Source: Phoronis australis
Taxonomy: Eukaryota > Animalia > Phoronida
Assembly (NCBI GenBank): GCA_002633005.1
Contig: NMRA01000252.1
Span: forward strand, 107,094 to 171,093
Reading direction: 5' to 3'
Length of the DNA stretch: 64,000 nt
The notes below the pieces were generated by a model. That model was not told the DNA's origin. It did not search any database and saw nothing but the letters and a program-made list of their open reading frames with translations. The position numbers and the translations under genes were made by a program. Shown here piece by piece: positions 50,728 through 62,051 of the stretch (the stretch's first letter is position 1; the number at the start of each line of letters is the position of its first letter).

Positions 50728-50925
50728 TGAACTTAAGTTTCCATCGAAAAACTTAAGTGTTTGGTCTGAAAAACTTAAGTTTTCATTTACGAAAACTTAA
50801 GTTTTTGGCGAAAACTTAAGTATTTTGGAACAAGTTTTTTGGAACGAACTTAAGTTTTCATAACTTAAGTTTTCAAAAACTTAAGTTTTTCAAAATTTTA
50901 AGTTCTGAAAACTTAAGTTTTTCAA
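50728..50925. repeat. Cluster of ~10 palindromic AAACTTAAGTTT sites
   Basis: Repeated aacttaagtt with short variable spacers just downstream of the TTLL12 stop; likely a TE subterminal array. Confidence 0.8.
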
Positions 50926-52113
50926 ATATACACGGGTTTCTGGAGAGTAACGCGTTACAACTGAAAAGTTATGTCCAGTATTACATTATAGGACCACTGG
51001 CACTTCAGTCCTCTGATTCGCTAAAACACAGGTCACTTCCAATGTGTCATTATTTTCTCTTCCTCAGTCTACATGTATGTTTAACCGGATACTGCTCTGA
51101 GAAAGGGGTCCGTTTATATTTGTTTATGTCTAAAAGTAAGATAATATTAATAAATTTTAAAAAGTCGTACAGTACGTAATTTTGTTGTCGTTTGGGATTT
51201 GGTTAATGGAAAAATCTTACATGTACACTGTATGTGGTGTTATGATACTGAGTGTGTGGACTTTTTGTGGAATGGGGGAGCACGAAACAGGTGGGCAGCA
51301 CCCAGTTTGAACGCCACCACCCCCTCACGTTGCTAACAGTTTCACTTCGTCACCCCTGACTAGGGCGTTCTGTGCTCATTTAACTCTAATAATATTTTTC
51401 GTAATAAACAATAAAAGCATCTGGCAATCGGATGGCTCCACCACGCTGTTTGTTCCCGTCACATGGCAACTCCATGAAAAATCTAAATGGGCACGCGCAA
51501 AATATACACCTCGGAGTTGTCACATTGCAAAATACTATTTTAGCCAATCCCCGAACGTACAAGCACGGATGTTTGGCACTCGGGAGAGTCTATGTCCCAT
51601 GGGACTGGGGGTGGGGTCTCCTCTCCTAAGACATGTTCGCAATTGATTCGGATAAATATAAACGCTGGTTTATTCCAGTGGTACATGAAGATACGGTTTA
51701 CGAATTGCTGATAGTTAATCGGTTTTATGGACGCAAATGCGTATTTAATCGTGAATTTTGTATTTTTTTCTGAAAATTTATTCTCAGGGAAAGTCAATTA
51801 ATCTGTACTAGACGTTGCAAGATAGTACTTTCGTCAAGAATTGTTTAAAAGATATTTTTTACGAGCTTTAGCGTTCCATGCCTCTGAAGGAACATAGACC
51901 TCAGTGGTGAAATAAATGAAAACCGGTTTAAACCAGGTCTAAGCTGGAGTTAAACCAGGTTTTACTAAATCACTCCTCTAAACGTCAACCATCTTTATGA
52001 AATACGTATTATGTTTAAGCCTGGTTCAATTTTAAACCAACTTTATGAAATCTACTTTAAAAGTTGCTTACAACCTCTTACTTAAATAAACGTTAAGGTT
52101 ATGTGGTACTTTT

Positions 52114-52265
52114 GCGACACGTCTGGAGGCTACAATTAGCGACACGTCTGGAGGCTACAATTAGCGACACGTCTGGAGGCTACAATTAGCGACACGTCTG
52201 GAGGCTACAATTAGCGACACGTCTGGAGGCTACAATTAGCGACACGTCTGGAGGCTACAATTAGC
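52114..52265. repeat. 25-bp perfect tandem repeat, 6 copies
   Basis: Unit gcgacacgtctggaggctacaatta. Confidence 0.97.
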
Positions 52266-53089
52266 CAAACTTTCTACAGAACTATACGACTTAACTCTGC
52301 AAAAATATATTTTTTCTGAAAGCAATTCAGTCACTAATTAGATTACGTGATTTTGCTTTTTAGGGAAACCGAGAAAGATTCATTCATTGCATGAAAAACA
52401 ACAACATGGCCAAATTTCGTATGATTTTTAAAATTGTTCAACATACTGTAAAATGTCTGAAACGCTGTACAGTCTTCTAAATAAGCTCTTCGTTTTCGTT
52501 TTATGCAAATTTGCTTTTCCCATAAAAATATGACAGAGTCCTATTATTTAAGTTACTAACGCAAAAGTGGAACATTTTTTAAAATGTTCAAAACTCTGAT
52601 AGGAAATGTTTTTTTATCAGAGTTTTGAACAGCAGTGTACAAATAGTATTTTCAGGCGCAGGAGCTGAATCGGCCATTATGAGATACGATGCTCCGAAGT
52701 TTGTCAAAATTGGACATTTTTCTAGGGTCTTACTCATAGCCTTCAGACAGCTTATATTACTAAGTCTTTGAGCGATTTTAGTGGACGGCTGTGTGCGGAA
52801 ACATCCAAATTCTGCTAAATTCGAAACATCATATCTCTGACATGACCGGATAGGTTCAAACAAAAGTTTCACACACTATGCTGTATATTCACAGCTCTAC
52901 AAATCCTGTTAGAAATTGTATTTAAAAAGCGTCCACCTTTGCAACATCGTGGCAACTTCAGGCAACAGCCAGACCGATTACGAGGCAATTATTGTAAGTT
53001 CTAACTGTTTAAAATTAGTTTTAAATCTGCATGTATCGTACGTAGTATTCAAATATTTTCTAACGTGCACTTCGAATTCTTCACTGTGC

Positions 53090-53365
53090 TGTCGACCCCA
53101 GATTTGAGGTGAGAACACACACGATAATTTGCAAACCATACAGTTGTTTGTCGAATGACTGTGAGCGCTTGCGCGCATTTATCATAAGTTGGAGGGAGAT
53201 TTGAAATTCCGCGTTGATTATTTTTTTTCCTTCGCTCATATTTCAAAAATCGAGAATTTGGGTATTTTTCTGGAATTCTCCTCTCATGGTAAAGTGGATA
53301 ACTCTGTGAGACGTTTTGAGATGGTACTTTCGTCATGAATTGCTAAAAAGATATTTTTGACGCTC
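53090..53365 (-). mobile_element. Inverted copy of the internal segment of the 5683-6971 element
   Basis: Reverse complement matches 6270-6560; both give the pseudo-peptides PNSRFLKY.RR and ALTVIRQT. Confidence 0.8.
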
Positions 53366-54374
53366 CATTACTCTTAATAGGACAGCACAAGATCTTGGCC
53401 AAGGGCATCGCGTGGTGGGGGGTAATTTTTCGCGTGGCAGACTTTTCTTATCAAATAGAGTCGATCCTCGTTAAGAACCTCTTTGCGATATGGTTTCACC
53501 AGCACTGTTTCTTGTGTTGTGCGTTTTTGCGTGTTTGCCTATCACGGCGGCCTTTTTGCGCTTTCTAGTCCAGTGTTCGCAAAACATTGTGATGATGCGG
53601 TCCATACATTTTGTTCCATGGAATTTCGTTACTTTTTCGAGGAGACTTGTCAGGCACCACACTCGTAAGCATAAAAAAACGTTGCTCAGTTGATACTAAC
53701 GAGCAGTTTATTTAGGTAAAACTCGGGTTCGCTTCTTTAGTATCTAACGATTCTCTCGACACTGTTGTAAATGCAACTTGATGGCGTGCTTTGAAAGGAT
53801 TTAAACAACCACCGCTATCGTTCAGATTGCGCGTAAAATCTGACGCCTTTCCACGGAAAAAAGACACATACCTGTAATACGAATGTGCTGAGCTTTCGCA
53901 TGTTGAAAGCACTTGGATATCGCTATTTTCGGACGATAGCGTTTCTGCCTGTCTTCCAGTCCATAGCCTCCATACGTCTCCAAGACTAATTATTGTACTA
54001 TGGGAAATCAGTGAGGGTTAAACAAACTTGTGATTAGCTTCACAAATGTCATGGCAGCAAAAACGGCTTTGGAGATTAAGGTATTCTATCTACTGATGAG
54101 AAGCAACACTGAGGAGAAATGATAATTTCTCGAAATCGTGTTCTTGTCGCTACATCAACTTGTGCGTTGGTTTCTCGTGGGAACTTGAGGACCATTTTCA
54201 AACTCATTGCCTACGGCCAGCATGTCCCCGTGTGACGTTCAAACAGTGTATTCAAAACAGTTCTTGCACGAAATAATACACCATGAACTGACATAAAATG
54301 TCAAACAGCCATCCCTAATTTAAGACAGCAATTCTGAAACGTCTTGGACATCCGTATCCAAGATGTTCGTTTTC

Positions 54375-54878
54375 TTAACATTCCCAAAATAACCTTAGCC
54401 ATTCAAATAGACGATGGGGTATTTCCTGCTGATTTCGTTTTTGATAAAAGTTCATACAGTAACCAATAAGGTGAGGTGAATATNGAGTTCACGTAGGCCT
54501 GTACACGATCTTGAGATTAACCGAAACTCCAAGTTCATATTCGACACTCGAATCTTCGATTGACACTTCGTCCGGCATCCATTTATTTCTTGGTGCACCA
54601 CACAAAATGAAAAATTAAGCTAAAAAAATCTGTATAAAATTCACTTCATTATAAAAAAATTCGATGCCATGGCGAAGGCTATTATTTGGGCTTAGGTTTC
54701 GAATAAAAGTGTTTGCGTAAAGATCCGTTTCATGAAGTTTTTAACAAAAATGAAGCGGAAATAGTGCCTTTAACATTCCCAAAATAACCTTAGCCATTCA
54801 AATAGACGATGGGGTATTTCCTGCTGATTTCGTTTTTGATAAAAGTTCATACAGTAACCAATAAGGTGAGGTGAATAT
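54375..54878 (+). repeat. 109-bp exact duplication (54375-54483 and 54770-54878) adjacent to the N at 54484
   Basis: Identical copies; the first ends exactly at the N, consistent with a contig-overlap artefact. Confidence 0.85.
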
Positions 54879-55391
54879 ATTTACTCACGCATATTGTTCT
54901 ATCGTTAGTACGGTGTACGTTTTTGTTTTGTCTGCATTTATTGTTTTATCTATACATTCTGCCCGTGCGATAATGGGAATTGGCTGCGTGGGCTAATAAT
55001 CTTGACGTCCTAGTCCCAGAGAAACTACATGTAAAAGACTGCAGTCTGATACTGATTAGCGACTATCAGACCCGGGTTACATTTAGAAGCTTATGGTCAT
55101 CCGCGTCCGCAGCAGCGGAGATGTTTTTATAACATCTTACAGATTTAAGGTAGCCTACAGCTCAGAATCCTTTCTTTCCATTTATGAATCGTCTAATTGT
55201 GACGCAAACTGTGGTACGACATCTCTACGTTAGATTTCATAGGGCTCAACAACCGAACAGGTCAGGGATTAAAGGGAGGGCTGCATGTGTTTCCGTTGGT
55301 CTATTGGGTATCTTCATATGTTGATCTTCACTTGTGTTACCATCTAAAATGGTATTCTGAAGGAGCTAGTCTGTTGGCTCAAAAAATTAAA

Positions 55392-56726
55392 ATGGTATCC
55401 ATAACGGAAGTTAAGACGCCCCACCAACAGAAAGATTCCAAGAGACAAGGGGCGAAAGGTGACGAGTCTTCGGAGGTCAAAAGTCAGCGCACAGCAGAAC
55501 TTATCAAATTGTTCAATGATGGCAAGAGTCCCCCTGTTAGACGCCCAGGAAGGGAAGGCAAGGGAGATAAAATTAAATCACCACATTTTCATAAAGGAGC
55601 TTATTCCAGTGCTGAAAAAAGCCAAGACAGAAAGAAACAAATTGCGGCCATTTTTAAGAAGGCCGCTAACGACTGGAGAGAAATTATAAACGCGAACTCC
55701 CAGAGCAGACCAACGAAGGTTGAAAAACACGATGTCGAATTGAACGAAAAATCTCAAAAGGTCCGCAAAACGTCAACATACGAAAACGAACAAAGAAACT
55801 CGAGCAAACAAGAAAGGCGAAAAAGGAAGGAATCTAAACGCAAGTCGTTCTTAAAAAATAAGTCGAGTGCCATAAACATTGCAAGTAAAAAAGACAGACG
55901 CAGGTCGTTGGCAAAAGTCAAGCCAAATAAGGAGAATGATGTTGGTGATAAGAGGAAGGAGACAAGCACTCCAAAAGCCAAGACATTGCTTGACAATGTT
56001 TGTCAAATTTCTAATCAGAATGCTCGCGTTGTAGAAGGATTTGTCGCTGAGAGGAACAGGGAACATTCTCCTGCGTTTAGCAGTCCTCTAAAAGTGTTGG
56101 ACTACGACGTTGGCGAAAACAAAGCGACTGTGAACCACGCCAATCGCTTACGGCGGACTTTAAGTGGAAACGTTTCCAACGCGAAATACGCGGCGACACT
56201 TGCAACATTCGAAAGTAGGAAGAGAAAAGGATCAAGTAGTCCTCCAAAAGAGAAACTTGAAATTGATGTCAAAAATAAACGTGGCGTTAATGCTAATGAG
56301 TGGAGTATAGGGGTTGGAAAGCTCGCTTCATTCAGCGGTTTACCAGAAAACAGAAGTCCATCCAATCCACAGAATTTAACGGCGGTAATGACAAATACCT
56401 CTGCACAGAAAGTTCTGCAGTCCGTTTCTAACCACAATGTTTCTGGCGCAAACACCCCCTTTATATTAAATAAGAGGAGCAGGTCACAAAGTCCCCAAAA
56501 GAAAAAAGGGACCAAGTCGAAGAAAATGCACCACGATAAAAGCGGAGGAAAAAAGGGGGAAAAGGTGCCAGGGAAAAAATCTACTATAGAGCCTGTGAAT
56601 CCTGCAGCAAAGAAGAAAAACAGCGCTAAAAGTAACAAAACTACACCGACAGTGTCTAAGACAAGCACTCGCACTCCCTGCAGAAGGCCTTGCTCTCGTA
56701 AGTACACACGTATCACAAAAACATAA
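55392..56726 (+). CDS. Uncharacterised Lys/Ser/Arg-rich basic, probably disordered protein (444 aa if single-exon)
   Basis: 1.3-kb non-repetitive ORF with ATG in aaaATGG context and many basic clusters and SP motifs. A consensus donor C|GTAAGT at 56698 suggests the gene may splice onward. Confidence 0.8.
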   Translation: MVSITEVKTPHQQKDSKRQGAKGDESSEVKSQRTAELIKLFNDGKSPPVRRPGREGKGDKIKSPHFHKGAYSSAEKSQDRKKQIAAIFKKAANDWREIINANSQSRPTKVEKHDVELNEKSQKVRKTSTYENEQRNSSKQERRKRKESKRKSFLKNKSSAINIASKKDRRRSLAKVKPNKENDVGDKRKETSTPKAKTLLDNVCQISNQNARVVEGFVAERNREHSPAFSSPLKVLDYDVGENKATVNHANRLRRTLSGNVSNAKYAATLATFESRKRKGSSSPPKEKLEIDVKNKRGVNANEWSIGVGKLASFSGLPENRSPSNPQNLTAVMTNTSAQKVLQSVSNHNVSGANTPFILNKRSRSQSPQKKKGTKSKKMHHDKSGGKKGEKVPGKKSTIEPVNPAAKKKNSAKSNKTTPTVSKTSTRTPCRRPCSRKYTRITKT

Positions 56727-57517
56727 TTTAAAGTAGACATTCTGTAGCAAACCAACAAATGGTTTTAAAACCACGTGTATGAAAACGTCAAAGTTTGGCT
56801 AATTTTTGAATGATGGTTCTCAAAATGGGGATTGAAAAAAAACATTCAGATTTAAATGCAGTGTTCTCAATTTCTTTGTAAGCATAATTAGAAAAAACAA
56901 CACGCCTTTCCCTATGATGCTACACAAACTAGGGCTTTGTGAATATTTTTTTTTGAAAACTCAAAAGTTCAATAAAACGAAAACCAAACGCCAGTGGTTT
57001 TGAAAACAATAACAGCGTTTTCGGATTCTTTGCTGATTATTTCTACCAACAGACATTTCCTCTTGTCACTGATTCCTATAAACGTGACTAAAGTAGCATG
57101 GTCATGTGGTCCAATCAACGTTAACCGGGAGCACGGTCCGTGATTTCAAGACACTGGCGACAAGTCCTCGCCTATAAGTGCAGCGCAGTCCCCAAGTTTA
57201 CTCCCATGATTCAACATGTGACTTCAGTTAGTAAATTCCTGAACGCTTTTTAAAGAGGCCTGGGACGCGAAAACTCGGAAAAATAGTTTTCAAACAGATC
57301 GTGGAGAATTTATAAACTGGGTATGCTAACTTGAGAGTTACTGACTTTCATTTTGCAAGAATTTCAAAAATAAATCGTCAAATTTGCTATTTTTGAAACA
57401 CAGACGAACTAAAATTCTTGAAATTATCTACTTAACATTTTCCAAGTGCATAATTGCCATTGTTTACATCAAAGGAGAAAAGTGGTATTTTCCATATACT
57501 TGTAAAGGAAATGTGCT

Positions 57518-57689
57518 ACGTCTAGGTATTGCAAAACCATATAAGGAGACACGTCTAGGTATTGCAAAACCATATACATGTAAGGAGACACGTCTAGGTA
57601 TTGCAAAACCATATAAGGAGACACGTCTAGGTATTGCAAAACCATATAAGGAGACACGTCTAGGTATTGCAAAACCATATAAGGAGACA
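57518..57689. repeat. 33-bp tandem repeat running into the gap
   Basis: Unit cgtctaggtattgcaaaaccatataaggagaca. Confidence 0.95.
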
Positions 57690-58428
57690 NNNNNNNNNNN
57701 NNNNNNNNNNNNNNNNNNNNNNNNNNNNNNNNNNNNNNNNNNNNNNNNNNNNNNNNNNNNNNNNNNNNNNNNNNNNNNNNNNNNNNNNNNNNNNNNNNNN
57801 NNNNNNNNNNNNNNNNNNNNNNNNNNNNNNNNNNNNNNNNNNNNNNNNNNNNNNNNNNNNNNNNNNNNNNNNNNNNNNNNNNNNNNNNNNNNNNNNNNNN
57901 NNNNNNNNNNNNNNNNNNNNNNNNNNNNNNNNNNNNNNNNNNNNNNNNNNNNNNNNNNNNNNNNNNNNNNNNNNNNNNNNNNNNNNNNNNNNNNNNNNNN
58001 NNNNNNNNNNNNNNNNNNNNNNNNNNNNNNNNNNNNNNNNNNNNNNNNNNNNNNNNNNNNNNNNNNNNNNNNNNNNNNNNNNNNNNNNNNNNNNNNNNNN
58101 NNNNNNNNNNNNNNNNNNNNNNNNNNNNNNNNNNNNNNNNNNNNNNNNNNNNNNNNNNNNNNNNNNNNNNNNNNNNNNNNNNNNNNNNNNNNNNNNNNNN
58201 NNNNNNNNNNNNNNNNNNNNNNNNNNNNNNNNNNNNNNNNNNNNNNNNNNNNNNNNNNNNNNNNNNNNNNNNNNNNNNNNNNNNNNNNNNNNNNNNNNNN
58301 NNNNNNNNNNNNNNNNNNNNNNNNNNNNNNNNNNNNNNNNNNNNNNNNNNNNNNNNNNNNNNNNNNNNNNNNNNNNNNNNNNNNNNNNNNNNNNNNNNNN
58401 NNNNNNNNNNNNNNNNNNNNNNNNNNNN
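57690..58428. other. Assembly gap (739 N)
   Basis: Run of N flanked by two different minisatellites. Confidence 1.
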
Positions 58429-58760
58429 TGCATTACAATTGTATAAGGTGAGTAGAATGTGCTGGGACAGCTAACTTGCATTACAATTGTATAAGGTGAG
58501 TAGAATGTGCTGGGACAGCTAACTTGCATTACAATTGTATAAGGTGAGTAGAATGTGCTGGGACAGCTAACTTGCATTACAATTGTATAAGGTGAGTAGA
58601 ATGTGCTGGGACAGCTAACTTGCATTACAATTGTATAAGGTGAGTAGAATGTGCTGGGACAGCTAACTTGCATTACAATTGTATAAGGTGAGTAGAATGT
58701 GCTGGGACAGCTAACTTGCATTACTATTGTATAAGGTGAGTAGAATGTGCTGGGACAGCT
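58429..58760. repeat. 48-bp tandem repeat, about 7 visible copies
   Basis: Unit tgcattacaattgtataaggtgagtagaatgtgctgggacagctaact. Confidence 0.97.
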
Positions 58761-59198
58761 ATATATATTTGTAAATTTGATTTTTTTTTAACAGAAACTG
58801 TGATAACTTGGTCTTTCACCTATACTTGGTCTAACACATTGCACTGGTTCTTTATTCATTATTCTCAATACCCTCATTACTACCAGAATTCCAACGAAGT
58901 GTGAAGAAATTGTCTTGTAGTCTATAACCATTGCTTCATAAAATAATCAATTAAATTTATTTTGTGATTTGTTATGTCGTACATGTATTGTACTATGTTT
59001 ATTGTATTCATGTGTCCTCTTAGAATAAAGTGGTTGGGTAGAAGAGGACACACATATCTTAACTACGATCAATAACAACATTAATATTATACCATTAAGA
59101 ACTTATTCTTCATCAAAGTTGACATTAATCGATAATGAAGCTTTGCCGTATTATAGATTCAACTGAGAATCATCTCGATCTGACGCTCATCAGTTAGG

Positions 59199-60506
59199 AT
59201 GGAAAACGTAAACTTCGCTGGGACGGATAAGGACTGGGATGACGGTCGAAGCGTGCGTTTCGAAGGCGACGAAGTGAAAGGTCAGAAGGATGATAACTCT
59301 GCGAACAACAGTGCTGGCTCTGGGGATGACGGGTGTGGTAAAAATTCAGAAGGAACGTGCTATCGATGTGGCAAGATCTTCCGGTATACTCAGGATGGAG
59401 ACCGGGAACTGATGCAACTCTCTCCCCAAATTTACAGTGTCATAGCAACGCTATGTGAGAAGACTATATCGAAACATTTTGCAAAGATCATGCCAGGATA
59501 TCCTTTCTGTGGTCCAGAGTTTTCCATCACAGATGGTGGATGCGGCGAGTGTGGGACGAAAGGGTGTGGTTCATCCTGTAACAGCTCATGTTGTAACAAC
59601 AATAGTCCGATGAATAACTCTGCCCAGGCAACGAATGGAGAGTCAACCATTACAAACCATGGGTCATGCACGAGTAAAAACTGCAACAATTGCAATCAAG
59701 GTTCTGGGAGTAACTTTACCCAATACCCTTATTACGGTAATGCCAGTTACACTCCAAACTGGTATGGGTACAACTACCAATCACCGTGGTACGTATACGG
59801 TCAGAGGTATAATATGCCACCACCTATGCCACAGGTGCCGTACAACAACGGTTACTGGAACTATGCTAGTCAACCTTATACTCCATACCTGCCATACTAT
59901 AACACCAGCGGTCCCAATTTCACGACTCCAATGCCCAATACTCCCCCATCCGGTGTTTCTCAAAGTTACAGCGCCAACGGTAATGCGTCAACCAACAAAG
60001 AGTACGGTGATGAGAGTGAAGTAACTCAATCAACCGTTCAGACAAGCGCTGGTTCAAATGTAAATCAAAACTCTATGTGTGGTACAGGGCGGTGTGCACC
60101 CTGTGGTGGACCAACAAGTGCACTGCCCAGTGGTCCACCATGCAGACCCGTTCCTATCGCCCCACCGTTACTTACTATGACTGGATGTGCATCAAACTGT
60201 TGTGGTGGAGTGTGCGGACAGCCGCGGTACATGCCTAAATACCCAGCCACTTGTTACGACTGTAATGGTGGCTCAGACGGAAGGTACAGCTTACCCATGG
60301 TAGATTTCTACAAACGACAACAAGAGTTCAAAGAGAGTGGTCCAGGAGGACCGGTCATAACTCAAAAAGCACTTGCTGCTTTAGGAGGGGACTTCATCAA
60401 ACAGTTGTATGACAACAGATACAGATACACTGAACGCGATCGACAACGAGTTTTTGGTGCTATTCAAGATAAAATTAGTAATATACTGTATAAAGAGCTT
60501 TTTTAA
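59199..60506 (+). CDS. Uncharacterised Cys/Gly/Asn- and Tyr/Pro-rich protein (435 aa), paralogue A
   Basis: Single 1.3-kb ORF with aggATGG start and AATAAA at ~60519 and 60581. No signal peptide. Shares a domain with the next ORF. Confidence 0.85.
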   Translation: MENVNFAGTDKDWDDGRSVRFEGDEVKGQKDDNSANNSAGSGDDGCGKNSEGTCYRCGKIFRYTQDGDRELMQLSPQIYSVIATLCEKTISKHFAKIMPGYPFCGPEFSITDGGCGECGTKGCGSSCNSSCCNNNSPMNNSAQATNGESTITNHGSCTSKNCNNCNQGSGSNFTQYPYYGNASYTPNWYGYNYQSPWYVYGQRYNMPPPMPQVPYNNGYWNYASQPYTPYLPYYNTSGPNFTTPMPNTPPSGVSQSYSANGNASTNKEYGDESEVTQSTVQTSAGSNVNQNSMCGTGRCAPCGGPTSALPSGPPCRPVPIAPPLLTMTGCASNCCGGVCGQPRYMPKYPATCYDCNGGSDGRYSLPMVDFYKRQQEFKESGPGGPVITQKALAALGGDFIKQLYDNRYRYTERDRQRVFGAIQDKISNILYKELF

Positions 60507-61100
60507 CTAACAGGGCAAAATAAAAAATATCTCTTGTGCGATGCACATGTACTTTCCAAGTACACTATCAAATTTGACGAAATAAACATGCTTGGTCAAC
60601 CGACTTTTATTTCCTTTGGCCCATGATTTATAACGTAGATCGACACTTGAAAAGGGACCAGACTCGCCGACATGCGCTCATTGTGCAATCCTAAGCATGC
60701 ACCGCAAGGTCTCGTCACGTTCAACATCAATGAATCGATATTTTTCAAAGAACATTTCACTATTCGTTCTAGTTAAGGCTTCCAGGTCCCCTAATCCATC
60801 AGGTTCACTCAGACTTGGCCATAAGGTTTTGATATGTTCATTCGCAGTTAGGTCGACTACGCTGTCTGATGGCGAGACCGACTCGTCTGCGAGTCGGCTC
60901 TTCGAGAACTGGGTAGGGAAGTAGCATTGCATTTCATTCCATGCGTTTTCGTCTGAAAATACCCGTGTTTGGTAACATTTTGGAGATAACTCTGGCTCTC
61001 AGTGAGATAACACACGCTTGTGTTGACTTACGAAGTAAACGCGTTTTGCGGTGGCAACGGAGGCAGTTATCATACGTTTCTTTAACAATTGTCTTTAAAG

Positions 61101-61631
61101 CGTGTGGCTCTCGTTGTGGAAGTTGTGCCAAAACACTTTCGTCTGCGTCTGGAACCGAGGAAGGTGAAGAAGGGAAATCGGCGAATCCGACAGGAGCGTG
61201 TCGACGATGTGGCCAGTGTTTTAAATACTCCAGTGGAGCAGACGAAGACGGTCATCTGTCACCCTACGTTTACGATCTTGTCGTGGCTCTGTGTGGAAGA
61301 CGGATTGAAGAGGCCATGGTACGCGTGATTCCAGCTGCCCGGGACCGTATGCTGGATTTGTGCAAAGGATGCGGGAAGCCATTTTTTACTGGTCGCTGTT
61401 GTCCACCCGGGAACTGCTGTGGATGCGGCTGTGGCGGATGCGGGGGTGGGTGCGGGGGTGGGTGCAGAGGCGGGTGCGGAGGTGGATGCGGGTGCTGTTC
61501 TAGAGGAGGCATCTGCTGTGGTAACGACCCAACAAAGACGCCTGCCTGCTTTGATCCGTGTCCGCCATGTCCACCGATCGGGACGTACCAAGCGTACATG
61601 TCACTACCGTGGATGCCTCGTCTTGGCCCGT
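61101..61631 (+). CDS. Main exon of an uncharacterised Cys/Gly-rich protein, paralogue B (within ORF 60941..61768); gene ends unresolved
   Basis: Acceptor gtctttaaag|CG at 61101 and donor T|GTAAGT at 61632. Encodes the CRRCG..LSPYVY..LC domain, a (GGC)n tract and CFDPCPPCPP. Confidence 0.75.
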
Positions 61632-61828
61632 GTAAGTATGACGTAACATACTCTCATCAACTTTTCTCATTAGTCTCGGAGCCCAAGTCTCTGACTTTTA
61701 CACTTCACTTCGTCCTAAAGGTGGCAGGCTCCAAAGAAATTCTAAAATCGTTTATCTTCTTTGACTAATAGTATGCATGAAAATTTAAAATGTTCTGCTT
61801 TACCGTTATTTAGTTTCTAACCACATAG

Positions 61829-62051
61829 CATGCGCGCACCCAGCCTTTAATATGGGAGGCTCGAATTTCTGGCGATGTGGACCTTTTGCTGACAAAAAGC
61901 AGCAGGACTAAAAAAGGGGGGTACCACCTTCAGAACAGTTGTGTGTCTGCGCCTTTTTAGTGGAGTTTTGTCTCGTTTTCTCGGTCTTTTTGTTTATCTG
62001 TGGCGGACCTTTTGCCCTCCGAGCCACCCCTCCCACCTGGGTGCGTGCACG
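61829..62051. mobile_element. hAT-like MITE (family of 10381-10626, opposite orientation)
   Basis: CATGCGCGCACCCAG ... CTGGGTGCGTGCACG with flanks catag/cataa. Confidence 0.8.

Noticed and set aside
54092-54140. Hammerhead-like CTGAGGAGAAAT...ATTTCTCGAAA
   Set aside because: Core spacing is off by two bases and no valid stem III or cleavage triplet is present.
56102-56774. Hydrophobic minus-strand ORFs (also 63714-63935)
   Set aside because: Antisense shadows of Lys-rich plus-strand coding sequence.
57384-58721. Long ORFs spanning the N run
   Set aside because: Artefacts of the gap and the flanking minisatellites.
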